The translations under genes and the position numbers were made by a program. The notes beneath the pieces are model-generated. The model worked only from the letters and a program-made list of their open reading frames with translations, was not told where the DNA came from and searched no databases. From Thermoanaerobaculia bacterium (GTDB lineage: Bacteria; Acidobacteriota; Thermoanaerobaculia; Multivoradales; Multivoraceae): a stretch of DNA of 64,000 bases. The first letter of the stretch is position 1. Every line of letters begins with the position of its first letter. The stretch covers positions 2,368,001 to 2,432,000 of the forward strand of contig OY761158.1 in assembly GCA_963664405.1 (NCBI GenBank), given 5' to 3'. Positions 11,283 through 21,600 of the stretch are shown in pieces.

Positions 11283-12406
11283 CAGGTTTTCATCTGCGGG
11301 TCGAGGGCATCACGCAAGCCATCGCCAAGGAAGCTGAGGCCGAAGAGCAGCACTGCCAACATACTTCCCGGAAAAACCAGCGTCCACCAGAACACCAGCA
11401 TCTGATTCGCCCCTTCGTTGATCAACCAACCGAGACTCGCATTCGGCGGCTGCACCCCAAGCCCGAGGAAAGAGAGAAAGGCCTCTTGGCGAATCATGGT
11501 CGGAATGGTGAGGGTGAAGTAGATGATCACCGGACCCAGCGCGTTGGGAATCAGATGACGCCAGACAATGCTCCCTCCCTTCACCCCCAGAGAGCGAGCT
11601 GCCTGCACGAACTCTCGCTCTTTGAGACTGAGGATCTGCCCTCGCACGATGCGCGCGGTCATCAGCCAGCCCACCGCACCGAGGGCGACGAAGATCAGCC
11701 ACAGATGCTTGCCGAATACGGTGACCAGAATGATGACGAAGAACATGTAGGGCAGCGAGTACATGATGTCGACAAAACGCATCAAGAGAGCGTCGACCCG
11801 CCCCCCCATATAGCCACTGACGGCCCCCACCAGAATGCCGATGGTGGCCGAAACAACGGCGGCCAGCAGCCCTACCATCAGGCTAACCTGCCCCCCTTTG
11901 AAGATGCGAGTCGCGAGGTCACGGCCATGAAAGTCGGTACCGAGCCAGTGAGGACCCTCGCTCACGGCGCCCTTGATTGCCGTACATTGGCGGCAGATCC
12001 GAAAGCCATCGACATTCTGGTAGACGATGCCTCGCCGGACGAGGGTGAGCTCGCGGCCCTCCCGGAGATCGTCCGCCCCCGGCAGGTCGGCCGCCTCCAC
12101 ATCGCCAAGCGGCGTCCGCACTACAAGCCTCCCCCCGCCGGCTTGCACCAGCTTCCCCGCCAGTAGGGTGTGGGAAAAGAAGCTCGGGGGCTGCGCCCCG
12201 TAGGCTAGATTCTGATGATCGAAAGTGTGCCCCCAGAGCAAGCGGGTCAAAGTCGGCCCGAGGAGACAGGCAGCGACAAGAAAGAGAAGCACCAGGACGC
12301 TGAGCACAGCAAGTCGGTTCTTGCGCAATCGCTTCCAGGCATCGGCCCAGAGTGACGTTCCCGCTACCAGCTCGGAGCGCTCAACGCTTGCCTCGACGGT
12401 CGTCAT
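11282..12406 (-). CDS. oppC: Oligopeptide ABC transporter permease with an extracytoplasmic insertion
   Basis: [47 protein letters not shown] at 12406 overlaps the oppB stop (ATGA). Confidence 0.92.
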   Translation of the reverse strand: MTTVEASVERSELVAGTSLWADAWKRLRKNRLAVLSVLVLLFLVAACLLGPTLTRLLWGHTFDHQNLAYGAQPPSFFSHTLLAGKLVQAGGGRLVVRTPLGDVEAADLPGADDLREGRELTLVRRGIVYQNVDGFRICRQCTAIKGAVSEGPHWLGTDFHGRDLATRIFKGGQVSLMVGLLAAVVSATIGILVGAVSGYMGGRVDALLMRFVDIMYSLPYMFFVIILVTVFGKHLWLIFVALGAVGWLMTARIVRGQILSLKEREFVQAARSLGVKGGSIVWRHLIPNALGPVIIYFTLTIPTMIRQEAFLSFLGLGVQPPNASLGWLINEGANQMLVFWWTLVFPGSMLAVLLFGLSFLGDGLRDALDPQMKT

Positions 12407-13323
12407 GGGTCGTAGCGGATGCGAGGGTCGAGGAATCCGTACACCAGGTCGACGACCAAATTCATAGTGAGCAGAAAGACCGAATAGAGAAGAACGATGC
12501 CCATCACCAAGAAGTAGTCGCGGTTGAAGGCGGCATCGACGAGGTAGGGCCCGATCCCGGGGGTCGCAAAGATCTTCTCGATCACCACACTGCCGACGAA
12601 CACATTCGCCGTCGCCGGGCCCAGGAAGGTGACCACCGGCAACAGCCCACCCTTGAGCATGTGCCGCCAGGTGATCACAAGCTCGCCCAGGCCCTTGGCG
12701 CGAGCGGTGCGCACGAAGTCCGAGCGCACCACCTCCAACATGCCTCCGCGGGTAAGGCGGGCGATATAGGCGGCGTAGGCCGTCCCCAGGGTGATCCCCG
12801 GCAAGATGATGTGCCGCCAGGTTCCCCACAGGCCGGGCGGCAAGAGGTAGAGACTGAGCGAGAAGACCAATATCAGCAGCGGGCCGAGCACGAAGGTGGG
12901 GAGGCTGATCCCGACCATCGCCACCGCCATCGCTCCGTGGTCCCAGGCGGTGTTCTGGCGCAAGGCGCCGATGATGCCCCCATTGACGCCGAGCAGCAGA
13001 GCCCAGAGCAGCGCGACAGCCCCCAGCTGCAAAGTGACGGGAAAGCCGAGAGCGATGATCTCGCCGACCGACATCTGGGGATACTTGGTCGACATCCCCA
13101 AGTCGAAGCGCAACAGATTCCCGAGGTACATGCGGTACTGCACCACTAGTGGCTTGTCGAAGCCGTACTTGGCCTCGAGGTCACGAAGCACCTCGGGCGG
13201 AATGGCGCGCTCACTGTCGAAGGGATTGCCGGGTGCCAGCCGAATAATGAAGAACGAGACCGTGACGATGACGAAGAGGGTGGGAACGAGCTGGAGGACT
13301 CGTCGAAGCGCGAAGCGGCCCAT
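12403..13323 (-). CDS. oppB: Oligopeptide ABC transporter permease
   Basis: LAPGNPF, DFVRTARAKGL, IEKIFATPGIG, NRDY, LDPRIRY. Confidence 0.93.
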   Translation of the reverse strand: MGRFALRRVLQLVPTLFVIVTVSFFIIRLAPGNPFDSERAIPPEVLRDLEAKYGFDKPLVVQYRMYLGNLLRFDLGMSTKYPQMSVGEIIALGFPVTLQLGAVALLWALLLGVNGGIIGALRQNTAWDHGAMAVAMVGISLPTFVLGPLLILVFSLSLYLLPPGLWGTWRHIILPGITLGTAYAAYIARLTRGGMLEVVRSDFVRTARAKGLGELVITWRHMLKGGLLPVVTFLGPATANVFVGSVVIEKIFATPGIGPYLVDAAFNRDYFLVMGIVLLYSVFLLTMNLVVDLVYGFLDPRIRYDP

Positions 13324-13344
13324 GATTCAGAGCAGAGCGAGCAT

Positions 13345-15267
13345 CTAGGTGAAGGGGTAGTGAGCGGGCGGTGGGTCGGGGAGGGGCTCCTCTGGCACGC
13401 CCTCATACCAGCGCTCGTCGATCCAGAACCACTTCCACGCATGCTTGTCCTGGTAGTTCCCCCAATAACCCTTGAGGTAAGGCTTTAGCACCGTGCTCTT
13501 GGTGTAGATGTAGATCGGCAGCAGCGGGGTGGCATCGCGAAGCATCTCCTCAGCCTCTCGAAACAGAGCCAGACGCTTGGCAGGATCGGGGTTGGTGTTG
13601 GCCGACAGGAGCAGATCGTCGTACTCGCGCGAGGACCACAGAGAGTGGTTGTTGCCGTTGTGGGCGCTGAGCAGCTCGAGGTAGGTGTAGGGGTCAGCGT
13701 AGTCCATGATCCATCCCATCCGCGCGATCTGGAAGTTCATCATCTGCTGGTTCTTCAGATAGACCTTCCACTCCTGGTTCTCGATCGTGACTTCCACGCC
13801 CAGATGCTCCTTCCACATCTGCTGCAGGGCCTCCGCGATCTGCCGATGCCCTTCGGAAGTGTTGTAGATGAGAGTGATCGCCGGCACGTCGCTTCCGTTC
13901 TCGTAGCCGGCCTCGCGGAGCATGGCGCGCGCGCCCTCGGGGTCGAAGATGGGAGTAGCAAGGCCTTCATAGCCGGCCAGACCCGGCGGGACCAGGTCCG
14001 CGGTCGGGGTCTGATCGGCCTGGGCGACATTATCGACGATCGACTGGCGGTCGACGGCCATCGACAGAGCACGACGGAGCTTCGGATTGTCCATGGGGGG
14101 CGCTTGGGTATTGATCCAGTAGAAGTAGACCGAGCCGTAGGGGTAGCGCTGAAAGTCCTCGAAAGGCTCGAGATACGACATGAACTCCGAAGGCAGTGAC
14201 GAGTTGCGGCCGATCCAGTCGAGCTCACCGGCACGATAGAGGTTGAGAGTGGTGTTGTAGCTCTCGACCAAGAAGAGTCGCACCCTTGCGATCCGGATCT
14301 TCTCCTCTTCCCAGTAGAGAGGATTCTTCTCGAAGTAGTAGAAATAGCGGAAGTGATGATCCTTGAGTAAGTACGGACCGTTGGTGATGATGTGCTCCGG
14401 CTTGGTCCACAGCTCCGGGTTTACACCCTCCTTCTCCAAGCGCTCGAGTAGATGGCGCGGCACCGGTAGGAAGGTGTAGAAAGTCATCAGATTGATGAAG
14501 TAGGGGACCGGCCCCTCCAAGCGTGCTTCGAGAGTCAGATCATCGAGGGCCCGTACCCCGACTAGAGACTCGTCGGCAACCCGCACCGCGAGGCGGGAGC
14601 CGCCGATCGAATGGCCGTCGAGGGCATCGATGGCTCTATCGCGAAACTCGGGCCGCTGCTCGTCTTCGCCGCCAAGAAATACCAGAGCACCGGGCTCCGG
14701 CCAGTCGGTCATCTGCACTCGATCGATCGGCGCAATCTCGTCGAAGAGATCGGCGACGCGAGCGGGGGTGTCGTCAGCGTGGAGCTCCCACGGCAGACCG
14801 CGAATGAACAAGGCCCGCTGACTGACAGCCGCGCCATTCTTGAGCACGTAGAGCATGCTCGAATACTTGGAACCCGTCGCCGGATCCAGCACCCGCCTCC
14901 AAGACCAGGCGAAGTCCTCCGCCGTCAGCTCAACGCCATCGGACCACTGCGAGGGACGCAGATGGAAGGTGAAGCGAGTGCCGCCGTCGGAGACTTCCCA
15001 GCGACGAGCGATGTCAGGCATCGGCTGGAGGTCCACCGGATGGGGTTGGGCAAGGCCGGAGAAGAGGTTCCAGACGATCGAGCTGCCGGCGCTATCCGAG
15101 AGCTTCCCGGGGTCGAGGTACTCGGGCTCGCTCGAATTATTCAGCCAGATCTCATCCGGTGGATGGGCGGGACGAACCGTGCCGAAATAGTCCTCGTGAC
15201 CGTGGGGGGAACAGGCGGCAACGAAGGCCAATAGAAAGACGCCGTACCTGAGCCTTCCGGGCAACAT
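13345..15267 (-). CDS. oppA: Oligopeptide ABC transporter substrate-binding lipoprotein (SBP family 5) with an RRM-like insertion
   Basis: Lipobox VAAC, EPEYLDP, WSDGVELTAEDF, NGPY, RRALSMAVDR, RMGWIMDYADP. Confidence 0.92.
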   Translation of the reverse strand: MLPGRLRYGVFLLAFVAACSPHGHEDYFGTVRPAHPPDEIWLNNSSEPEYLDPGKLSDSAGSSIVWNLFSGLAQPHPVDLQPMPDIARRWEVSDGGTRFTFHLRPSQWSDGVELTAEDFAWSWRRVLDPATGSKYSSMLYVLKNGAAVSQRALFIRGLPWELHADDTPARVADLFDEIAPIDRVQMTDWPEPGALVFLGGEDEQRPEFRDRAIDALDGHSIGGSRLAVRVADESLVGVRALDDLTLEARLEGPVPYFINLMTFYTFLPVPRHLLERLEKEGVNPELWTKPEHIITNGPYLLKDHHFRYFYYFEKNPLYWEEEKIRIARVRLFLVESYNTTLNLYRAGELDWIGRNSSLPSEFMSYLEPFEDFQRYPYGSVYFYWINTQAPPMDNPKLRRALSMAVDRQSIVDNVAQADQTPTADLVPPGLAGYEGLATPIFDPEGARAMLREAGYENGSDVPAITLIYNTSEGHRQIAEALQQMWKEHLGVEVTIENQEWKVYLKNQQMMNFQIARMGWIMDYADPYTYLELLSAHNGNNHSLWSSREYDDLLLSANTNPDPAKRLALFREAEEMLRDATPLLPIYIYTKSTVLKPYLKGYWGNYQDKHAWKWFWIDERWYEGVPEEPLPDPPPAHYPFT

Positions 15268-15282
15268 CTGGAGAAGCCTAAC

Positions 15283-15323
15283 CTAGACCAGCGTTTCCGA
15301 AGTTCGTGTACAGAGCGGTCTAG
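15283..15323. mobile_element. Internally deleted 41-bp copy of MITE family 1
   Basis: ctagaccagcgtttccgaagttcgtgtacagagc joined directly to ggtctag; matches both ends of the 44863 copy. Confidence 0.8.
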
Positions 15324-15348
15324 CGAGGGATTCGACTATCATCGCTCG

Positions 15349-16464
15349 GTGATCGCTCGAATTCCACTCCTCGTCGGCCTTCTGGCAGCTTCGCAGATCT
15401 CCTGCGGCGGCGAGACCGAACGCCCCCCGGGCGGAGGAGCAGAACCGGGCTCCGGGCAACGCCAGCCGCCCCCCGTGGCCGTGCAGGTCTTCACCGCAGA
15501 GCAAGTCGACGTACCTGACACCCTGGTCGCAGTCGGCTCGCTGCAGAGCCCTGAGACGACCACCGTCTCGGCCGACATCTCCGGTCTACTGGTTCATCTC
15601 GACACGCCGGAAGGACGCGTCGTGTCGCAGGGGCACCTCCTGGCGCGACTCGACGACTCGGTGCCCCAAGCGACCCTTCGAGTCGCCGAGGCGAGAGAAA
15701 AGAACGCGCGCTCCGAGATCGAAAGAGTGACGCCGCTACTCGCTGATGGCGTGGTTCCACGGCAGACCTACGATGCCGCGGTGGCCGAGATGGAGACCAG
15801 CGAGGGCCTGCTCGAAGAAGCACGTATTCGCCTCGCCAAGACCGAAGTCAGGGCTCCATTCGGCGGAGTCATTTCTCTCCAGACCGCCCAGCGCGGCCAG
15901 CATGTCGACTCCGGAGAGGCGATCGTCCGGCTGACTCAGGTAGATCCTCTGGAGCTGGCCTTCACGGTCCCCGAGAGCGAGGCGGGACGAGTGTCGGTGG
16001 GTCAGCACCTGGAAGGCCGAGTGGGCCGCTGCGGTGAAGCCTTCGAAGGCACCGTCGAGGCCCTCGACCCTGCCGTCGACCGAGCCACCCGAACCCTCTC
16101 GGTTCAAGCTCGGGTGCCCAATCGTGGGGGCACTCTCCGGCCAGGCATGTCGGCGCGAGTGAGACTAGCCATCGGCACCAGCGCCAGAGCCATCCTCATT
16201 CCTCGAGAGGCGCTGATCCGCCAAGGTACGCGCTATCTGGTGTTCATCGTCGAGGAAGGCGGAGCCGTCGCCACCCGCGAAGTCGTACCCGGCGAGTTTC
16301 TGGTCGACAAAGTAGACATCCGCGGCGGTCTCGAGCCCGGCGAACAGGTGGTGGTAGCGGGGCATCAGAAACTGGGACCAGGATCAAAGGTACAACCGAG
16401 CCCCTGGAAGCCGGTCGAAAACCCGATCCTCAGCCTCGGGGACACCAGCGAAGACTGCATCTGA
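15349..16464 (+). CDS. RND efflux periplasmic adaptor (membrane fusion protein)
   Basis: Lipoprotein-like signal, VRAPFGG, DPAVDRATRT, LRPGMSARV, GLEPGEQVVVAG. Confidence 0.92.
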   Translation: MIARIPLLVGLLAASQISCGGETERPPGGGAEPGSGQRQPPPVAVQVFTAEQVDVPDTLVAVGSLQSPETTTVSADISGLLVHLDTPEGRVVSQGHLLARLDDSVPQATLRVAEAREKNARSEIERVTPLLADGVVPRQTYDAAVAEMETSEGLLEEARIRLAKTEVRAPFGGVISLQTAQRGQHVDSGEAIVRLTQVDPLELAFTVPESEAGRVSVGQHLEGRVGRCGEAFEGTVEALDPAVDRATRTLSVQARVPNRGGTLRPGMSARVRLAIGTSARAILIPREALIRQGTRYLVFIVEEGGAVATREVVPGEFLVDKVDIRGGLEPGEQVVVAGHQKLGPGSKVQPSPWKPVENPILSLGDTSEDCI

Positions 16465-16510
16465 CTCCTCCGGGTTCTCCGGCGGCGATCGTTGTCGCCG
16501 GGGCCGGTCG

Positions 16511-16620
16511 CAGGGGGGGTCTTGGGGGCCGGGTTGCTTCGCGCTTCGGATGAGGCCTGATGGTGAAGCACTCTTGTGGTCTAAGAGTTATGCTTCGCAA
16601 CCCGGCCCCCAAGACCCCTG
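16511..16620. repeat. Long inverted repeat with a nested hairpin (REP-like or structured RNA)
   Basis: Perfect 22-bp arms ggggtcttgggggccgggttgc (16516-16537) and gcaacccggcccccaagacccc (16597-16618); inner gaagcactctt...aagagttatgcttc hairpin. Confidence 0.8.
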
Positions 16621-17167
16621 TTTGCGACCTGCGTCCCTGCCCCAACGAGAGCGGATCCCGGAGGAGTCGAGACTTGACGGTGGGTAATCAGATCGGTCTC
16701 GCCGACGACCGCCTGAATCAGATTAGGTCGCCATGGGTGGTGGCAATCAACTCCGGCCGCGGGCGAAAGCGCCGATCCGATCTATTGCCTGGCCGCCTTG
16801 GGCGAGCATGGGAAGGACTGGAATACGTGGATCATGTCTTCCCACTCCCCGAGGGCCACGGCGACGCCGGCGGCATCTAGCTTCTCGGCCAGTTTGCGGC
16901 CTGCGTCCCTGCCCTAACGAGAGCGGATTCCGGAGGAGTCGAGACTTGACGGTGGGTAATCAGATCGGTCTCGCCGATGACCGCCTGATTCAGATGAGAG
17001 TCGCCGTGGGTGGTGGCAATCAACTCTGGCCACGGATGAAATCGCCGATCCGATCTATTGCTTGGCCGCTTTCGGCGAGCATAGGGAAGGATTGAAATAC
17101 ATGGATCATGTCTTCCCACTCCTCGAGGGCTACGGCGACGCCGGCGGCCTCTAGCTTCTCGGCCAGT
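16620..17167. repeat. Diverged tandem duplication (about 273-bp unit) of the hydrolase 3' end plus downstream DNA
   Basis: 16620-16893 aligns with 16892-17167. The left copy has a 1-bp deletion in its coding part. Confidence 0.92.
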
Positions 17168-17907
17168 CGGGTGGAGTCGGAGAGCAGGATCTCGGCAGTG
17201 CCGACCTGGATCAGAAAGGGAGGCAAGCCTGCCAGGTCGGCGAAGAGAGGGGAAGCAAGCTCCGTCTTGGGGTCAGCGCCATCTAAATAGGCTTGGCTCA
17301 TCAGCTGCAGAGCCTCGGCCGCGACCATGGGATCTTCACCTGCCTTGGTTTGTACCGACTCTCCGCTTCCACTGAGGTCGACCCAGGGGGACAGCGCGAC
17401 CGCGGCGCTCGGCATCGCGAGGCCTTGCTCACGCAGCTGTAGGAGTGTGGCAACGGTCAGACCGCCGCCGGCAGAGTCTCCAGCGATGGCGCAGCGCGAA
17501 GCCTCGACTCCCTGCTCGAGCAGCCACTTCCAAGCAGTTACAGAGTCTTCGACGGCAGCCGGGAAGGGGTCTTCAGGGGCGAGGCGATAGTCGACGCCAA
17601 GGACTCGTGCTTCCGTGGCGCGAGCGATTCGCTGCATCATGTGGCGGTGGGTGTTGATCGAGCCCAGGGCGTAGCCGCCACCGTGAAGATAAAAGACGAC
17701 GCGAGCCGGCTCGACTCCGGGAGTCGCGATCCACTCGACCGGAACCCGGCCGGCCATGTCCGGTTCACAGCTGACATCGTCAGGCAGCCAAAGAACGTTC
17801 TGCATCGCTTCCATACCGGCGCGACGCTGCGCCCAGGTCAGATCCTGCCGGCTGGGCCTGGCGGCCAGGGCCTTGACAACTCGCTCCAGAGCATCGCTCT
17901 TCGCCAT
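17020..17907 (-). CDS. Alpha/beta hydrolase, HSL-family esterase
   Basis: HGGGY, DYRLAPE, GDSAGG, MIHVF; SD GAGGAGG. Confidence 0.93.
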   Translation of the reverse strand: MAKSDALERVVKALAARPSRQDLTWAQRRAGMEAMQNVLWLPDDVSCEPDMAGRVPVEWIATPGVEPARVVFYLHGGGYALGSINTHRHMMQRIARATEARVLGVDYRLAPEDPFPAAVEDSVTAWKWLLEQGVEASRCAIAGDSAGGGLTVATLLQLREQGLAMPSAAVALSPWVDLSGSGESVQTKAGEDPMVAAEALQLMSQAYLDGADPKTELASPLFADLAGLPPFLIQVGTAEILLSDSTRLAEKLEAAGVAVALEEWEDMIHVFQSFPMLAESGQAIDRIGDFIRGQS

Positions 17908-17979
17908 CTATCGACCTCCTCGACCCGCCATCCTAGTCGAGTGCCGCTCGACTCTCCACTGCTAAGATCACCGCTGCCC

Positions 17980-18627
17980 ATGTACACAGGCATTGTCCAA
18001 GCGTCGTGCGCAGTAGCCTCGGTAACCGATCGACCCGGCCAGCGCACTCTCGGCATAGAGCTCCCCGAGGATCTCCTGCGAGGCCTCACGGTCGGCGCCA
18101 GCGTCGGCCTCGATGGGGTCTGCATGACGGTCACTTCGATCCTCGCGGAGGTGGTGAGCTTCGACGCCATCCAAGAAACCCTGGATCGCACCACTCTCGG
18201 CGGCATCGAGGTCGGAGACCTCCTCAACGTGGAGCGCTCGGCTCTGGCCGGGGCCGAGATCGGCGGTCACGAGATCTCGGGGCACATCGACGGCACCGTC
18301 GAAGTAGTCGGTGTCGAGGAGCCCGAAGGCAACTGCATCCTCACCATGAGGGCACCGCAGGAGTTCCTCCGCTACCTCTTTCCCAAGGGATTCGCCGCTC
18401 TCAACGGTTGCAGTCTGACGGTCGTCGACGTCGACCGCGAAGCTGCGACCTTCACGGTGCACCTGATTCCCGAGACCTTGCGGGTCACCACCTTCGACAC
18501 CAAACAAGTCGGAGATCGGGTCAATTTCGAGATCGAGCGGCGTACCCAGGTAATTGTCGATACGGTGCGAGGGCTCTTCAGGGAGTACCTGAATAGCGGC
18601 GAGCTCGCCAAGTTCGCAGCGACCTAG
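17980..18627 (+). CDS. ribE: Riboflavin synthase (alpha chain)
   Basis: N-terminal MYTGIV, DGVCMTV, GGHEISGHIDG, NGCSLTV, LIPETLRVT, VNFE; two lumazine-binding repeats. Confidence 0.93.
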   Translation: MYTGIVQASCAVASVTDRPGQRTLGIELPEDLLRGLTVGASVGLDGVCMTVTSILAEVVSFDAIQETLDRTTLGGIEVGDLLNVERSALAGAEIGGHEISGHIDGTVEVVGVEEPEGNCILTMRAPQEFLRYLFPKGFAALNGCSLTVVDVDREAATFTVHLIPETLRVTTFDTKQVGDRVNFEIERRTQVIVDTVRGLFREYLNSGELAKFAAT

Positions 18628-18640
18628 AGCACGAGCGTAG

Positions 18641-21600
18641 ATGCGCATCTCCGATCTCTCCATCCGGCGCCCGGTGATGGCCACGGTGCTCAATCTGTTG
18701 ATCTTGGTCGCCGGTGGTGTCGCCTATTTCACACTCGAGGTGCGCGAGTACCCTGACGTCGAGTACCCGGTCATCTCCATCAACACGCTCTACTTCGGCG
18801 CCAGCCCGCAGACCATCGAAGCCACCATCACGGAGCCGCTCGAACAAGTGCTCAACGGCATGGACGGCGTTCGCAGCATCACCTCGAGCAGCGCCTTCAG
18901 TGTCAGCACCATCAACGTGGAGTTCGAGGCCGGCCGCGACATCGATCTCGCCACCACCGACGTCTCCAACTCGATCCAGCAGGCGCTGGGTGATCTGCCC
19001 CAAGAGGCCGAGCGACCGGTCGTGATCAAGTCGAGCTCCGAGTCCGGCTCGATCATGTATCTGAGCTTGGAGGGCGGAGGCCTGAACAGCATCGATCGTA
19101 CTGATGTCGCTGACCGCATGGTCAAGACTTCACTGCAGCTGATACCGGGAGTCTCTTCGGTGCGCGTCATGGGCGAGCTCTACGCCATGCGGGTCTGGCT
19201 CGACCCGGCGAAGATGGCGGCGCGAGGGGTCGATCCCGCCGATGTTCGCCAAGCCATCCTAGAGAACAACCTCCAGGTCCCCGCCGGAGAGGTCGAGGGT
19301 GCAGCACGCAAGTTCACTCTCAACCTCGACGCCCAGATCGACGATCCCAGGGTCTACGAACGATTGGTCATCCGCCGCGACGGCGAGCGGATCGTCCGCA
19401 TCGGCGACGTCGGCTGGGTCGAGCTCGGGGCCGACGACTACCGCAAGATCTCCAGACACAACGGTGAAGAGACAACCGCCGTCGGCATCAATCGCCAGTC
19501 GCGAGCCAACGAGCTCGAGGTCTCGGACGCTGTGCAGGCGAAGCTCGCCGACATTCGGCCGTCCCTACCCGAGGGTATGGACATCAAGGTCTCCACCGAC
19601 TTCACCCTCTTCGTCAGAGAGACTCTGCGTCAGGTCTGGGAGACCCTGGCTATCGTCTTCGCCCTGGTGGTGCTGGTGAACCTCTTCTTCCTGCGCTCGA
19701 AGACCACCACCATTATCACTTCGGTCGCGATCCCGATCTCCTTGATCGGTACCTTCGCGGTGGTGAAGATCGCGGGCTTCTCGATCAATGCCCTGACCCT
19801 GCTCGCCCTGGTGTTGGTCATCGGCATGCTGGTAGACGACTCGATCGTAGTGATGGAGAACATCTATCGGCGTCAAGAGCTCGGAGAGCCGCCGATGCTT
19901 GCCGCTCGCAACGGGACTCGTGAAGTGGGTTTCCCGGTCATCGCAACTACCGCGGCGGTGGTGGCGGTCCTGGTGCCGCTTGCGATGATGTCGGGCAACA
20001 CCGGCCAGCTCTTCCGTGAGTTCGCTCTTACCATGGCCGCGGCGGTGATCATCTCGACCTTCGTCGCCCTGACCGTGGTGCCGATGGCGTGCTCGCGCTT
20101 CTTGAATGTCTCCCAGAAACACGGTCTGGTCTGGCGAGTCATCGAGGGCATATTGCGCGCCGCGGTCGGCGCCTACAGTCGAGGGCTGGAGATCTGCCTC
20201 CGTCACCGCTTCTCGGTGGCCTTGGTCTTTCTGCTGGTTCTCGCCGGCACGGTGTGGATGGTTCAGGTGATACCGAAGACACTGGTGCCGGTCGAAGATC
20301 GCGGCGTCATCATGACCTTTGTCCGCGCGCCGCAAGGCTCTACCGCGGCCTACACCGACGCCGCGATGAAGCAGGTGGAGGCGATATTCTTAGAGGTGCC
20401 GGAAGTGCAGAGCTTCTTTGCGATCGTCTCGATGGGCTTCTTCGGCCCCGGCGACACTTCGCAAGGCATTGTCTTCAGCCACCTCAGGCCCTGGTCCGAG
20501 CGTGAGCGAAGGCAGCAAGACATCGTCGCCGAGCTCCGTCCGAAGATGATGGCCATTCCCGAGGCTCTGGTTTTCCCCTCCAATCCGTCGTCTCTGGGGC
20601 AGAGCTTTCGTAACGCCGACATTCAGGTGGCTCTCAAGAGTCCCAACGCCGACCTCGAAGAGTTCGGTCAGGTGTCGGAGGCGCTCGTGCAGCGCCTACG
20701 CAATGATCCCGCGCTGTCCAACGTCGATACCAATATGCGCCTCGACAACCCCCAGCTCGACATCGTCATCGATCGCGAGCGCGCTTCCGATCTGGGGATC
20801 TCGGTATCGAGAGTGGCCGAAGCGCTGCGGCTTCTGGTGTCGCAGGGACGCACTGACGATTTCATCCTGCGCGCGCGTCAGTACGACGTGGTGATGGCGC
20901 TCGCGTCGCGATACCGATCGATCCCCGAGCAGCTCGGCGAGATCCATCTTCGCGCCGGTGACGGCACCATGGTGCCGCTGTCCTCGCTCGCCGCCGCGGT
21001 ACCCACCATCGCCCCTGCCATCCTGAGTCACTTCGATCTACAGCGGGCCGTAACCCTCAGCGCCAACCTCTCCCCAGGATTCTCCATGGGAGAGGCTCTG
21101 GATCGTATCTCGACCGCTCTCGACGAAGTGATGCCGGAGGGCTTCACCATGGCTCTTTCCGGGGCCTCGCGCGAGTTTGTCGACTCCGCCGGCACCATCT
21201 ACGTCACTTTCGGCATCGCCCTTCTGATCATCTACCTGGTGTTGGCGGCTCAGTTCGAGAGTTTCCTGCATCCGCTGACCGTCATGCTGAGCGTGCCACT
21301 CGCCACCCTGGGGGCCCTCGCCGCGCTCCAAATGTTGGGCCACACTCTGAATATCTACAGCGCCATCGGCCTCATCCTGCTGGTCGGGCTGGTGACCAAG
21401 AACTCGATTCTGCTGGTCGACTTCGCCAATCAGGAGCGTGCACGTGGCAAGGGCCTCTTGGAATCGCTGCGTAGCGCGGGAAGTACTCGCTTCCGCCCCA
21501 TCCTGATGACCAGCATGACCTCGATATTGGGCGCCCTCCCTCTGGCGTTGGCGACCGGTGCGGGAGCCGAGAGTCGGCGCCCGATCGGAGCCGCTGTCGT

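Noticed and set aside
16620-17167. DGR template/variable repeat pair
   Set aside because: Differences are not adenine-specific on one strand (8 A, 4 T, 2 G positions on the coding strand), there is an indel, non-coding DNA is duplicated too, and no reverse transcriptase is in the window.
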